Positions 1-11,914 of a stretch of 34,102 bases of DNA are shown here, one piece after another (position 1 is the first letter of the stretch; every line of letters begins with the position of its first letter). This stretch comes from Chiloscyllium plagiosum (taxonomy: Eukaryota): assembly GCF_004010195.1 (NCBI RefSeq), contig NW_025214092.1, positions 1 to 34,102 on the forward strand, read 5' to 3'. The notes beneath the pieces are model-generated. The model worked only from the letters and a program-made list of their open reading frames with translations, searched no databases and had not been told where the DNA came from. Both the position numbers and the translations under genes were made by a program.

Positions 1-191
1 CATAAGCATTTTTACATTGTTACAATGGGTGACTGGTAAAACAACAAGACATAGGGATGGAGTGAGTTTCAAGTGTAGACTTGATTCTGATTGATTGTTG
101 GATATCTATAGGATCATTCAGAAGCATTCTGGATATCTAAGAAGCCCTTTCTGGCAAAAAGACATGAAAAGGTGACCTGAATATTGCCAGC

Positions 192-3100
192 TTTTTTTTT
201 ATTTTTTATTTTTTAATAGATATTTTTATTAGAAATTTAACATTTCTACAAGTTTACAAAAATAAACAAAACTCTCAGATATAAACATTGATATACAATT
301 AGTTCAAATATACAATAGCCAAAATTTGACAAAAGAAAACAAAACAACAAAAAAAACGAAATGAAAAAAAAAACAAACAAACAAAACTCAACTATCTACT
401 AATCTAACCTACATCTAACCAGGGTGTATATTTAAGTCTCTTACATGCTCGGGATGTGTTAGCATCAGATATAATAAAACCCGTATTCGTGCGGGATTCC
501 TCCCCCGAGGGGCTGCGGACCAGCCAGGTTTGTAATCTCAATTAAATAAAAGCCCTTGTTAGGATAGCCGAAATATCTGTATTTATGTAATTCAAAAAGG
601 GCTGCCATATTTTATAAAATAATTCGGTCTTTCGGTGCACCATATTTGTAAGGAAGTCAAGGGGAATACATTCCATAAGTAGTCTGTGCCAATTTGAAAG
701 TCCAGGGGGGCCCTCAGCCACCCAGTTCACCAAAATATTTTTCCTTGCACAGAAAGAAAGAATAGAAAATAGTCTCTTCCCATACGTGTCCAGGGAGGGA
801 AAGTTCGAAAAGCCCAAGAGGAGAGATACGGGGCCCACTTTTATTTCCGTTCCTAAAATTTCTGTCAGGGTACTTGCTACTATAGTCCAATATCTACGGA
901 TCTTATGACAGGTCCATAAGCAATGTACAAGAGTGCCCACCTCTATTTTGCATTTAGGACACATTGGAGATGCTCCTGCCTTAAATTTTGCCAATCGAAC
1001 CGGTGCTATATGGGCCCTATGAAGTATCTTCAGCTGGATAGCCTGGGTTCTGTTACAAATAGTAATTCTTCTAGCATTTTCCCAGATATCATTCCACGTT
1101 TCTGTGGAGATTTCTAGTCCCAGATCCTGAACCCATGTTTTAAGCAGATTATCCATATCTCCCGATACTTCATCATGTAATAAATGATAAATATTACTGA
1201 CGGAAGATACCCCCACTGGTCGTAGGACACTACATTCTCTATCGGATTTATAAAGACTATCTAATAACATAGTCTTCTTCTGTATATAATCTCGAATTTG
1301 GAAGTATCGAAAGAGGTCTCCATTAGGTAATCCGAATTTCTGACGCAGCTGTCCGAAAGACATCAGGACCCCACCTTTAAATAAATCCCCGAGACATGAG
1401 ATACCCCTGGATCTCCAGAGTTTAAAAGTGGCATCTGTTAACCCCGGTTGGAATCCCCATGCTCCCACTATCGGTGCATAGGGGGATGTTTTATGTGAAT
1501 TACCCTCATTTTGCCGCATTATATTCCAAGCCTTGATTGTATTCAGTATTATAGGGTTTTTACAGTGATCTGTAATGATCTTCCTCTTGTCTGAGAATAA
1601 AAGGTTAATAAGTGGGTATTTTACTTGAGAAGCCTCGATGTCCAACCAGATTGATTGTGGATCAGACAAGACCCAATCAGCTATATAACTTAATAGGGAA
1701 CTTAATTGATATTTCCTAAAATCTGGGAAGTCCAATCCACCCCTTGCCTGTGGAAGCTGTAGCTTCTTCAGCTTAATGAGGGGCCGCCTATAATTCCAGA
1801 TAAAGGAACTCAGCCAACCGTATAATTTACATAAAGCCATCCTCGGCAGCATCACCGGAAGCATTCTCATAGGATATACGAGACGGGGCAGGATATTCAT
1901 TTTGATTAATGCTATTCTACCCAACCAGGAAATTGGAAGGTCTCCCCATCGCTGGAGGTCCTGCCTTATCCTTTCCAATAAATACACAAAATTAGCCTTA
2001 TACAACTGACCAAATACTGGAGTAATAAAAATGCCTAAATATAAGAAACCCTCCAGGGACCAGCGAAAGGGAAAAAGGGAACCGTCCGCTAAGCGGGGTA
2101 TCACAGCAAGGCCACCCATTGGCATAGCCTCCGATTTTGAAAAATTAATTTTATAGCCTGAGAATGCACTAAACGTATTAATAACTTGGATTAAGCGAGG
2201 TATGGACATCAAAGGGTTACTGAGGAATAGAAGAACATCATCTGCATAAAGGGTAATTTTATGTTTACCTGTACCAATCCTTGGGGCCACTATATTAGGA
2301 TCAGCTCGTATAGCATCTGCTAGTGGTTCAATTATTAGCGTGAATAACAATGGCGAGAGGGGACATCCCTGACGGCAGCCCCTACCCACACTGAAGCTAT
2401 CCGAGCCTAATCCATTGGTAACCACAACTGCTTTAGGATCACTATACAATGTTGAGACCCATCTGGTAAACACCTTTTCAACGCCAAACCTTTACAATGT
2501 GTAAAACAAATATGACCATTCGACCCCATCAAATGCCTTTTCCGCGTCTAATGAAACCACTACTCCTGGTATCTTTCCCTGATGACAAGCTTGAATCATA
2601 TTCAGAGCCCTTCTAACATTATTGGATGATCTACGGCCCTTAATAAACCCCGTCTGATCCTCCTTTATAATATGTGGCAGTATCCTTTCTAATCTCAGTG
2701 CTAACGTTTTAGAGAGGATTTTAAAATCTACATTTAGCAAGGATATTGGTCTGTATGATGTACAAACTTCTGGGTCCTTTCCTTTTTTAAGGATAAGAGA
2801 GATATTTGCCTCTTTCAACGAAGGCGGGAGACAGCCCTGACTATATGCATAGTTATACATGTCCATAAGTGGACCAACCAGTATTTCTGTAAATTCTTTA
2901 TAGAATTCAGCTTGAAAGCCATCTGGGCCCGGCGTCTTACCATTTTGAAGGTGCCTAATTGCATCAACTATTTCTTGGGGTGTAAGAGGAGCATTTAGGA
3001 CCGATACTTGTTCCGGAGTTAGGTCTCGAAAAGTCAAATTTTTAAAAAATGACTGCATCCTCTTCGCCCTATCTTCACAATCCTGTGATTTATATAACTC

Positions 3101-4100
3101 AGAATAGAATTTTCTAAAGGTCGCATTAATCTTTTTATGATCATGAGTCAAAATACCCGTACTCTCCTTGATAGACATAAGAGTCTGAGGGGCCTTTATT
3201 TTCTTAGCAAGAAATGCTAAGTATCTACCCGGTATATCGCCATATTCATATAACCTTTGCTTTGCAAATAATATTTCCCTCTTAGCCGTTTGAGTAAGTG
3301 TAGTATTTAGAGCTGTCCTAAGAGCTGTAATCCTTTGCAATTTAATAATAGAGGGTCTATCAATGTATGCTGTTTCAGCCGCTTTTAAGCGGGCTTCAAG
3401 CAAACGCTGTTGTTCTCCTTTTAATTTCTTCTGGGTCGCTGAGTAGGAAATGACCAAGCCTCGCGTGTAAGCTATGATGGTCTCCCACATCATTGACGGG
3501 TTGCTAGCTGTACCTGAATTAATTTCTAAAAAAGTTTTAAATTCTTGAGAGAAGTACTTTACAAATTTACTATCTTTCATTAAGAAGGGGTCCATACGCC
3601 AATGCCGAGGGGATGTCCCACTGTTCCTCGCCTTAGTTTCCATATATACAGCAGCGTGGTCAGAAATTGCTATATTACCTATTTTACAGAATGATATGGA
3701 ATTTAAAAAAATTGAGGGGGCAAAAAACATATCAATTCTGGTATGACATTTATGTGGATTAGAGTAGAAAGAAAAATCTCTACCCTGTGGATGAAGACAT
3801 CTCCATACATCTACTAATCCTAATTCTTTGTTCAAATCCATCAATTGTCTAGATCTGGGAGATACTCCTGCAGTACTCCTGGGAATCCTGTCTATTTCCG
3901 GATCCATAATACAATTAAAGTCTCCCCCTATAATTATATGAAGGGCATCAAAAGCCATCAATTTTGAAAAGGCTCCAGTTATAAATGTAAAGGGGTGTGG
4001 CGGGGGCAGTACAAATTTAAAATCCCATATTCCTCTCAAATCCGCCCTGTCGTAATTTCAAGTGTTCTTTATCTGACAGATGCGTCTCCTGTAGGAGATC
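192..4100 (-). mobile_element. L1-clade non-LTR retrotransposon, 5'-truncated within the endonuclease domain; A-rich tail at the left end; probable 5-bp TSD CCAGC
   Basis: T-rich tract from 192 on the + strand is the polyA tail. CCAGC sits at 187-191 and again at 4101-4105. ORF2 motifs are present (next feature). No ORF1 is present. Confidence 0.93.
542..4097 (-). pseudogene. L1 ORF2 (APE endonuclease + reverse transcriptase + C-terminal CCHC knuckle), disrupted
   Basis: ORFs 2492-4039 and 542-2473 are in the same frame, separated by one TAA (YTL*RFGVEKVFTRW). EN motifs: LLQETHL (about 4077-4097), GGDFN, TRIDMF, SDHAAV. RT motifs: PGPDGF, YRPISLLN, DAEKAFD, GCRQGCPLSP, YADD. Knuckle: CPKC...HCLWTC. 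There is a frameshift and an internal deletion near 4000-4040. Confidence 0.95.
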
Positions 4101-4280
4101 CCAGCAGCCTCTGGTCTCCATGGAGAACATGGGTCTGTCTTCTCGGAGATGGAAGATGCCTCCTTGAGACTTGACACAAAACATTTATCTTCCCTCCTCA
4201 ATGCCAGCAAACCATGTTCAAGTAGCACACGTTCTACATAAATTGAGCGATGATTAACATCATGGAATCCTCTAATCAAT
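4101..4280 (-). mobile_element. Old RTE-like LINE 3' fragment that received the L1 insertion (continues at about 100-191)
   Basis: LEHGLLALRREDKCFVSSLK...W resembles the RTE C-terminal 'ELxxGxRxxGxxxKRFKDxLK...W' region. Removing the L1 at the TSD rejoins the frame to ...TFSCLFARKGLLRYPEC, resembling the terminal 'ARIGLxSH' motif. Confidence 0.4.
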
Positions 4281-4324
4281 GCACGCTCTGTTTCATTGGT
4301 TTATCATGTTGGAGTACGAATGAC

Positions 4325-4500
4325 CCCCTCCTGTTCCTATATCACTGTCTCGAGGAGCTGCATCGCCTCCTCATGGTCCCATGGAACAGGTTTAAAGGAC
4401 TGATTGGGCTCTGCCTGTTCCTGCTTTACAGCTCTGTATACTAGCCAGACTCCTGTTCCTGTGGAACAGGCAAGAGGATTGAATGGGCTGTCCCTCTTCT
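4325..4500 (+). repeat. Degenerate short repeats of CCTGTTCCT / GGAACAGG, related to CR1/SINE 3' tails
   Basis: Three CCTGTTCCT and two GGAACAGG...ATGGGCT-like units within 175 bp. Confidence 0.45.
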
Positions 4501-4614
4501 TGTTAAGTTGTTTCCACGGGCTGCATGGATTCCATATATCAGTGTGTAACCAGTTTGAGATGATGATTGAACTCGACTTTTAACTGTGGGAATGTGCAGT
4601 GTCCGATAGCGCTG

Positions 4615-4960
4615 TTACATGAATGTTACCGACACTTTAAAAGCACAAACCTGAATACTGCCCAGATCTTGCTGCACATGGACACAGACTTCTTCAGGAG
4701 CTGAGGGGTGACAAAATGTTCCGAACATTGTTCGATCTTCAGTGACCATCCGCATTTCTGATCTTACGATGGGGGCGGGGGGTGTAGTCATTGATGAAAT
4801 AGCTGGAGATGTTTGTGCTGTGGAAGCTAACCTGAGGATCTCGTGAAGGGATGTCCCGGTACTGAGAGGATTGTCAGCCACTGCCCACAATCATCTTCCT
4901 TTGTCCTCTGACACAACCCGACCAGTAAGGAGATTGCACCTGATTCCCATTAAGCTCAAA
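4615..4960 (-). mobile_element. Decayed CR1/L2-group LINE reverse-transcriptase fragment
   Basis: ORF 4615-4890 IVRSEMRMVTEDRTMF...VHVQQDLGSIQ...VTF matches the 'FADD...QQDLDxIQxWAxxWQVTF' region, with FADD decayed to VTED. A YFIND motif lies upstream in another frame. Confidence 0.7.
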
Positions 4961-5084
4961 AATAGGTGATCCCACTGACATTCTCAGTCAAGTACTGCCT
5001 TGCTATCAAGGTCATTCGCTCTTTCCTGATCCCCTGTGTTCACCATTTGTTCATATCGATAGGTGACGGTGCATGTGCAGGGAG

Positions 5085-5320
5085 TGTTATCTTCTCACAG
5101 AGGGTAATCAACGTCAGGAATTATCTGGGCTGGAGAGCTGCGGAGCTAGATCACTGGAAGTATTTAAAGAGGAGGCAGATGGATTTTTGACCTGTTCGAG
5201 AGCTGAGGAATTGGGCATTAAAGAGGAGTTAATGTGAACAGTAGATCAGCCATGATTACACACAGTAGTTTGATCGTCCGAGTTACCTGATCCTGTTCCT
5301 TATGTTCTCATATTCTGTAA
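5085..5320 (+). mobile_element. CR1-like LINE 3' end fragment
   Basis: TTCTCACAGAGGGT..., CAGCCATGAT, and a tail TCCTGTTCCTTATGTTC, the same tail seen on the longer CR1 copies in this window. Confidence 0.65.
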
Positions 5321-5677
5321 TTACAAAGTTAATGGTTGCAATTTTACTGAACATTCTGTTATTGAATGTTATAGTCAGAGAAAGCAAAGTATTTTGTGAG
5401 TCATTTCTGACTGAGGTCTGGGAGCTGTCCTCAAAGTGAATCTGGGTCTACACAACGACCAAAAATGAAGCACAAGTTGCAGAGAGGAGACATTCTGCGA
5501 AGAGATCAGAAGCGTCTTTCGAACCCAGCCTGGATTTCACAATAACATTTTGAAACCCACACCAAACTTTGTGTGTCAGTCTTGAGGGACTGAATGAGAT
5601 GCTGTATTACTGTGGACCAGGTATTTGGAACGAATTGCCCCCATCTGCGCCTGTGCAGTAGGGTTGAGAGTCTGAAT

Positions 5678-5910
5678 GGAACATATGAACATAGGACTGA
5701 GGATCAAGAGTTGGTAATTATACACTTAGTCATGGTTCCAGCAGGCTGATCTGATTGCGATCTCAGCAGCTCTTTTCTCACTGTATATATTTTCCTAAAT
5801 TCACTTGCCTGTCAAACGTTTGAATACAATACAACTTTGAATAAATGCAAACATACAGGCACCACAAACGTCTGGGAAAGGGAATTCCCACTTGAACTGC
5901 TCGAAAATAA
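5678..5910 (-). mobile_element. CR1-like LINE 3' end fragment
   Basis: GAACATATGAACATAGGA is the reverse complement of the CR1 tail, followed by decayed 3' UTR sequence (GGAATTCC). Confidence 0.55.
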
Positions 5911-6899
5911 TTTCTCATTTGTGTTCCGATCAAAGTTGGAGGGTCACTGTTTGCTTTTCCAGCCCCACTCTTCCACTGGTTACAATAAATATAAATTTAA
6001 CCAATTTATTGATATTACCAATTGTATAGGTCTCACACTGGTCATTTTCTGGAAAATTGTGAGACACAAAAAGTTGAACACATCACAAGTGGTAAAATGG
6101 GAGAGTGTCCCAAATTGTTTTCTGCTTTTGAATTTAATCTGTTCACACAAGCAGCTGGAAATGGGATTTCTTTCAAGGAAAGTTGAATTTGGCTGAATTC
6201 CCTTTGCTTCAGGCTGTGGAGAGATTCCAATGAATACTCATCAGGAATCCTTAAAAAGTGGTAAAGGTAACTCAGGAATTTTATGGTCTCACATTTTGCT
6301 ATCAGTTGGAACAGAGTAAGAGAAAGGGATCAATCGGCTGCTGCTACTTAGGCAGGGAAAAGTTTTCTCCCTCTCTGTGTTGGAGAATAAAATAATTTCA
6401 ACTGAACATCAAACTGGGCCATGTGCGCTCTCCATGAACACTCTCTGGAATGGATGATAATGAACTATATGCAGTTGCACAGTTGCTGTTGTTGAGCACA
6501 GTGCTTTCATTCGCAAAAAGAAATGTCCCCGCTTTATAATTGTCTGCATAATTTGCAAATATTGATCGATGTGTTTATAATATGTGTGCTAAATCAATAC
6601 TACTTATTCTTAAATTAAGTTTCTACTTTAATCTCCTTAACAAGAGAAAATATGTATTCAGCTGATACGCTTTTCAGAAAGTCATGGGTGGTTTAATAAG
6701 ATTTATCATCTAAGATCGAAACTTATAATCCCCCATAAAAAAGGCATTCATTCTGCGAATGAGTAAATTGAAACATGATTTTTTTTTTAGTTTAGGGGAT
6801 CAAACCTTCACACAGTGTATCTGATGTGGTCTCAGCATTGCCCCGTACAGATGCAGCGAAACATTCCTCACTAAACCTGATACCTTTTTGCCAGAAACA

Positions 6900-7400
6900 G
6901 CATCGTTCCACTTACCTTCCAAATCACTTGCTGCATCTGCAAACTGAATCATTTACCAGGAACACGGAAACAGCCTGTATCAGAGAGTTCTACAATCTCC
7001 CCATTTAAATTGATTACCATTGTTTTATCCTTCCTGCCAAACAGCTCACCTTATGTTATTTCTGCTGAAGGTTTGCTCACTAACCTTGCCTGTCTATATC
7101 ACAATAGAGACTCACTAGCTCAATTTGTTGACACATTGAATGATCATCTTGGTATACAAGCTAATTGAGCTTCAAGCCGTTCCCTCGTCTTCCTCCAGCT
7201 CTTTCATACAGATTATTGATCATTGACGATCCCAGAGTGATCTCTGAGATAATCTATCAGTTACAGCTTTGCAACCTGAAAATGAACATTTATCTCTACT
7301 CTCTATTTCCTGTTAAGTTGCTCAGGTGGTTTGAATGGTCTCCTCCTGGGCTGCGTAATGTACTCAACGAGCTGAATTACTTCATTCTATATTCCTTTGC
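6900..7400 (-). mobile_element. Highly decayed CR1-like LINE internal fragment
   Basis: Patchy similarity to the - strand CR1 copies at 10150-11640 and 18605-20905. No intact motif. Confidence 0.4.
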
Positions 7401-7481
7401 AACTCCTTCGAGGTGCAGGATGGTTCCCTCCCATCTCATTGAAACGATCTTGTGTGGCTGAATGGGGTGGTCACCTACCTT

Positions 7482-7728
7482 TAACAGCATCGAAGGTGGA
7501 TTGAGGAAACAAAACAGGGGTAGAGGCAGCAGTATATCACTGTAGCAGAATTGAGGAGTTACTTGAGGGAACAACACGTGGGGTTGGGACATCAGTTTGT
7601 CTCTGCAACAGCGTCGAGGGTGGATTGAGGGAACAACACATGTGGTAGAGGCAGCAGTACATCCCTGTAACAGCCTCGAGGGGTGGATTAAGGGAACAAC
7701 ACGTGGGGTAGGTACGGCAGTTGGCCAT
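7482..7728 (+). repeat. Minisatellite, about 4 copies of a ~62-bp unit in A-B-A-B arrangement
   Basis: Core GGTGGATTGAGGGAACAACACGTGGGGT recurs four times. Units 1 and 3 continue AGAGGCAGCAGTA(T/C)ATC; units 2 and 4 continue ...CAGTT. Confidence 0.85.
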
Positions 7729-7749
7729 TTAGCAGCGCACTTCAGAATG

Positions 7750-8295
7750 GCTGATCCGATTATGTCTGACAATCCGTCGCCAGTCTGTTCTCAGTAAACA
7801 TTGAATCCCCTGCCCAGCAAAAATCAGTCGAGCTCAACCTTGAATATCTTAAATAACTGAGTCTTTACTGCTCCCTGAGGATGAGGACACCACAGATATC
7901 ACAACGCTAAAGGGAAAGGGACGTCCTTATTTCATTGCAGGACCCGTTATTTTAAACTTAACATCAAATCGCCTCGTTTGAGACATAAGGAAACAATAAT
8001 TAAGAATAGACATAAACCATTCAGCCCTCTAAACCTGTCCCACATTCCTATTGACTCTTTACGATCAACTATGTATCAAACCCAGCCTCTGCTGCTGTCT
8101 CAGGACGAGAATACCTGATCGCATAACACCACACAAGCATTAAAAAAACGGGCGATATTAGGCCATTCGGACAATCGAGTCTTATATGCCGTTCAATAAT
8201 TTCTTATATGTTCCTCAACCTCATTCTCCTGCCTTCTTCCATGAATCCTTGATCACCTTATAAATCAAAAACTTATCCATTGGTGCCTTAAAGAC
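7750..8295 (-). mobile_element. Cluster of short decayed CR1/SINE 3'-tail fragments
   Basis: Repeated (G/A)CCATTC(A/G)G...ATGGCTGAT-type reverse tails at about 7725-7760, 8015 and 8160. Confidence 0.5.
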
Positions 8296-8298
8296 ACG

Positions 8299-8562
8299 AG
8301 TGTCTCTGTGTGTGTGTGTGTGTGTGTCCATGTGCTTGTTATCTCAGTATTTGTGTGCCTACGTCTGTCTGTCTGTACATCAGCCTATGTGTTTCTATCT
8401 GTGTTTGTGTCTATCTGTGTGTGACTGTATATGCCTCTATGTGCTTCTACGTGTGTGTATGCCTATCTACTTGTATGTTTTGTGCACGTTAGTCCATTGG
8501 GGTGTTTACCAATATTTCTGTGCAATTCTGTGCCTGCATCTCTGTGCAATGTGGTATGTGTT
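8299..8562 (+). repeat. (TG)n microsatellite with degenerate TG/TC-rich extension
   Basis: Pure TG run at about 8307-8327, then low-complexity TGTG/TCTA. The overlapping C/V-rich ORFs are artefacts. Confidence 0.9.
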
Positions 8563-9420
8563 TTTGGGGGTAGGGAGTGAGAGAGCTGACGTTGGAACTG
8601 CCAGTGGGTTCAAAGTGAGAATTGCCCTTCATTGAACATTGCTCCTTGCTCGGTTGGTGGGACATGGATATTTCAGAATCTCCACACGAGGAGTACCGAT
8701 CCTGCCCAGCTTGTACCAGGACCTCCGCACATAGTGGTGGTGGGGAGGGGGTGAGGAATGGAGTACTGGATATTAGGCACTCCAACACCCAGCTTGGTCC
8801 TTTCTGTCATATTCCAGGCTGTTTCTCCTCTAATCAGAGAAATGGAGGAAGGGAGTGAAGGTGGAAGTGGGTGGCCTTGCTGTTAGTGCTGGTGTAGGTG
8901 GGGGTGGAGGAGATCGTGAGATGGCTGGAGGGAGACAGACCACAGTGCAGAATCCATGCAGTGTTATTCGTGTGGTGTATTGCATAGACCACAGACAAAA
9001 TGATTGAAGGAAGGTGCTGAATTCAATAGAGTGGTAGTGCATGACCCATATTTGCAGATAGAGCGTGAGCCTTGTTCGGGTATCGGTGCTATAACAGATA
9101 CACAGTGAGTGTGAGATAGCAGAGAGAATACGGTGACCCTTACCCTGGCAAACGTGGGAGGACATTAATGCTTGTCTTGCATTGCTGGATATTTCTTCAG
9201 ATCATCTCAGCGTTGAGGTGAGTCTCCCCGAATGTGTTGCCCATGTCTCTCACTAATAACGCCACAGACTCTGTCCCTCAGATCCCACTGTATCAGTTTG
9301 GGTAGATCTTACAAATAGCAAAGAGAAGCAAACATTGGTGTGTTATATATTTAAACCAAAACTGTCGTGCAAATATTTTGCATCATATTCTCTGGAAATT
9401 AGATATGCAAGCATATGCAC

Positions 9421-9770
9421 GGGAAAGCAATGGTCTAGCAGTATTATCGCTGGACTCTTAAGCCAGAGATCCACATAATGTTGTGGGCGCCTGGCCTGAA
9501 TTGTTCCATGGCTGGTGGTGGAAGCTGAATTCAATAAGTATCTGGAATCAAGGGTCTATGATGAGCAGGAATCTGTTATCGATTGTTGGGAAAAAAGATC
9601 ATCTGTTTCAACTGAATGCCCTTTAGGGAAAGGAACTGCTGTTCTTACCTGGTCTAGCCTACATGTGACTCCAGACCTGCGGCAACGCTGTTGACTCTAA
9701 ATTGCCCTCTGACAGCAGCGGTAAATGCTGGCGATCCAGTGACGCCCACATCCTGTAAATGACTAACAAA
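9421..9770 (+). mobile_element. tRNA-derived SINE (decayed) with LINE-related 3' tail
   Basis: A-box-like TGGTCTAGCAG at about 9431 and a decayed B box at about 9493. The tail TAAATGCTGGC...GACGCCCACATCC is recognised from shark SINE/LINE 3' ends. Confidence 0.7.
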
Positions 9771-10149
9771 TACTCGTGATTGCTGCAGTAATAATTGATG
9801 GTATCGAGTTGCATTGAAAACGCCTTAACTAAGTGACTGCTAATGTTGTGAAAAATAAATTCGATTAGTGTTTATGAGGTGGGTTGAAGACTATGTTGTG
9901 AACCAAACTAGAGAGCAGGTCATTTCAGATTTGGTGTTGTGTGGTCGAAACGACTAATTAATAACCTTGCTCTTAAGCAGCTTTTGAGGAATAATTGCAT
10001 TAATATTTGCATTTTACGTGGCGTCTGCATACAATATAGAATGTGTGAGCATTCTGGTCAAACGTCATGGAAGCCTGGGGGCTAGAAGGTCAAGTTCGCT
10101 CCAGTGAATTGAAAAACTACAATATAACAGTCAGTGGGAGACAAGCAAT

Positions 10150-11640
10150 AGAGTTAGAGTCATAGAGTCCTACAACAAAGACACAGGCCCTTCGGTCAAA
10201 AGTGGTCCATTACTATCAAAATGTCCATACACACTAACCCCATTTCCCTGCCATTGTCCGTATCCTTCTCATCATTTATATCTGTGTATTTGTCCAATTG
10301 TCTTTTAAATGTTGTGAACGTACCCACCTCAAACACTTCCACTGGCAGCTCATTCCATATGTGTACCATCCTGTGTGTAAAAGAAATGCTCCTCAGGTTC
10401 CCTTTTATTCTTTTCCCTCTGACCTTAAATTGATGTCTTCTAGTCCGTAATTACTCACCCCAGGGACAAATGACTCATTGCATTCACTTTATTCATGCCT
10501 CCCATGATCTTATTCGCTTCTATAAGATCCCCCCTCAGGTTGATGCACTCTAAAGTGAAACGTACTACCTCGCCCTACCTATGACCATTGAGACCTTGGC
10601 AACATCATTGTAAATTTCTTCGGAACTTTTTCCAATTTAATAACATCTTTCCCTTAGCAAAGTGATCAAAACGGAACATTAAGGTAGATGTATGGTTCAC
10701 CAGTGCATACTGCAGCATAATTTCCCAACTTCGATGTTCATCGCAATGACTGATGAATGCCAGAGTGCCAAAAGCCTTCTTCACTGCCCTGTCTAACTCA
10801 GAATCAACTTTCAGAGAACCATGCTCCCGAATTCCAGGGTTCGTCTGTTCCACTCCACCTCTTAAGACCCAACCATGAAAGTCCGACCTTGATTTGACAT
10901 TGCAAATGTAAGACCTCACATGTATCTGTATTAAACTCCATTTGACATTTCTCGGCTCATGTCCCCAGCTGATCAGTGTCCTGCTGCAATTTGTGTTAAC
11001 CTTCCTCACTGTCCACAATACCGCATATTTTAGTGTCATCTGCAATCTTAGTAATGATGTCATGTACATTTGAATCTAAATAATTACACATATAATAAAC
11101 AGAAATGGTCGCAGCACCGACCCCTGAGTCAATCCACTAGTGACAGACCTCCCATCCAACAAACATCCTTCCACTATTACACTCTGCTTCCTTCTACCAA
11201 GCCAAATTTGTATCCAATTTGCAAGCTCCCACTCAATTCCATGCGATCTAGTCTTCCAGTCCAGAGTAACATATGGAATGAAATCTTTTTAGACTACGTA
11301 TACCACCCTGCCCTCACCAACATTGATGGTCACTTCATCAAAGAACATTAAGAAATTTGTGAGCCATGATCTCCCATGCACAAAAATGTACTGACTGTTC
11401 CTAATCACACCCCGTCTTTCCAAATGCATGAATATCTTCTCTCTTAGAATCTTCTCAAGAACATTACATACTGCAGATGTTCGGCCTGTAGCCCTTCTTG
11501 AATAAGGACAAAGCATTCACTACCCTCCCTTCCTCTGGGACCTCACCCATGGCCAGCGATGATGCAAAAATATCAGCCACCACCCCCCTCCCCCCCACCC
11601 CGCAATATCTTCTCTCTCCTCCTGCAGTGCTTTCGCATAT
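10150..11640 (-). mobile_element. CR1-like LINE fragment (RT to 3' tail)
   Basis: GAGTCATAGAGTC tail at about 10157. Translated remnants include VKKAFGTLAFI and GRSWLTNFLMFFDEVT. Confidence 0.9.
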
Positions 11641-11914
11641 TTCTGGTCAGAAATGGTAGATTTAAAGAAATACTGCGAAGTCTGAAAAATGCGTCTATTT
11701 CTTGAAGGTAAAAACACCAAAATGTGTTAAAGTGACTTAATGATTGTTAACATAACAACTTATCGATTATATTAATCACAGAAATTGACTTCAGAAGAAT
11801 TCCAGACATTTTGGAAAACTGAGAATTCTCAAAAAATTAAAATCTAGAAGAGGGCCATGACACTCATAAGGAAATCAAAAAGTGAACATGTATACTAACA
11901 AACAGAAACACAAT

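Noticed and set aside
4615..4890. Host coding exon with donor CAG|GTTTGT
   Set aside because: The peptide is a decayed LINE RT segment.
8300..8635. Cys/Val-rich ORFs
   Set aside because: They are translations of the TG microsatellite.
9201..9217. 17-nt micro-exon (TTCTTCAG|...|GTGAGT) on the + strand
   Set aside because: No upstream promoter or partner exon supports it, and such site pairs arise by chance.
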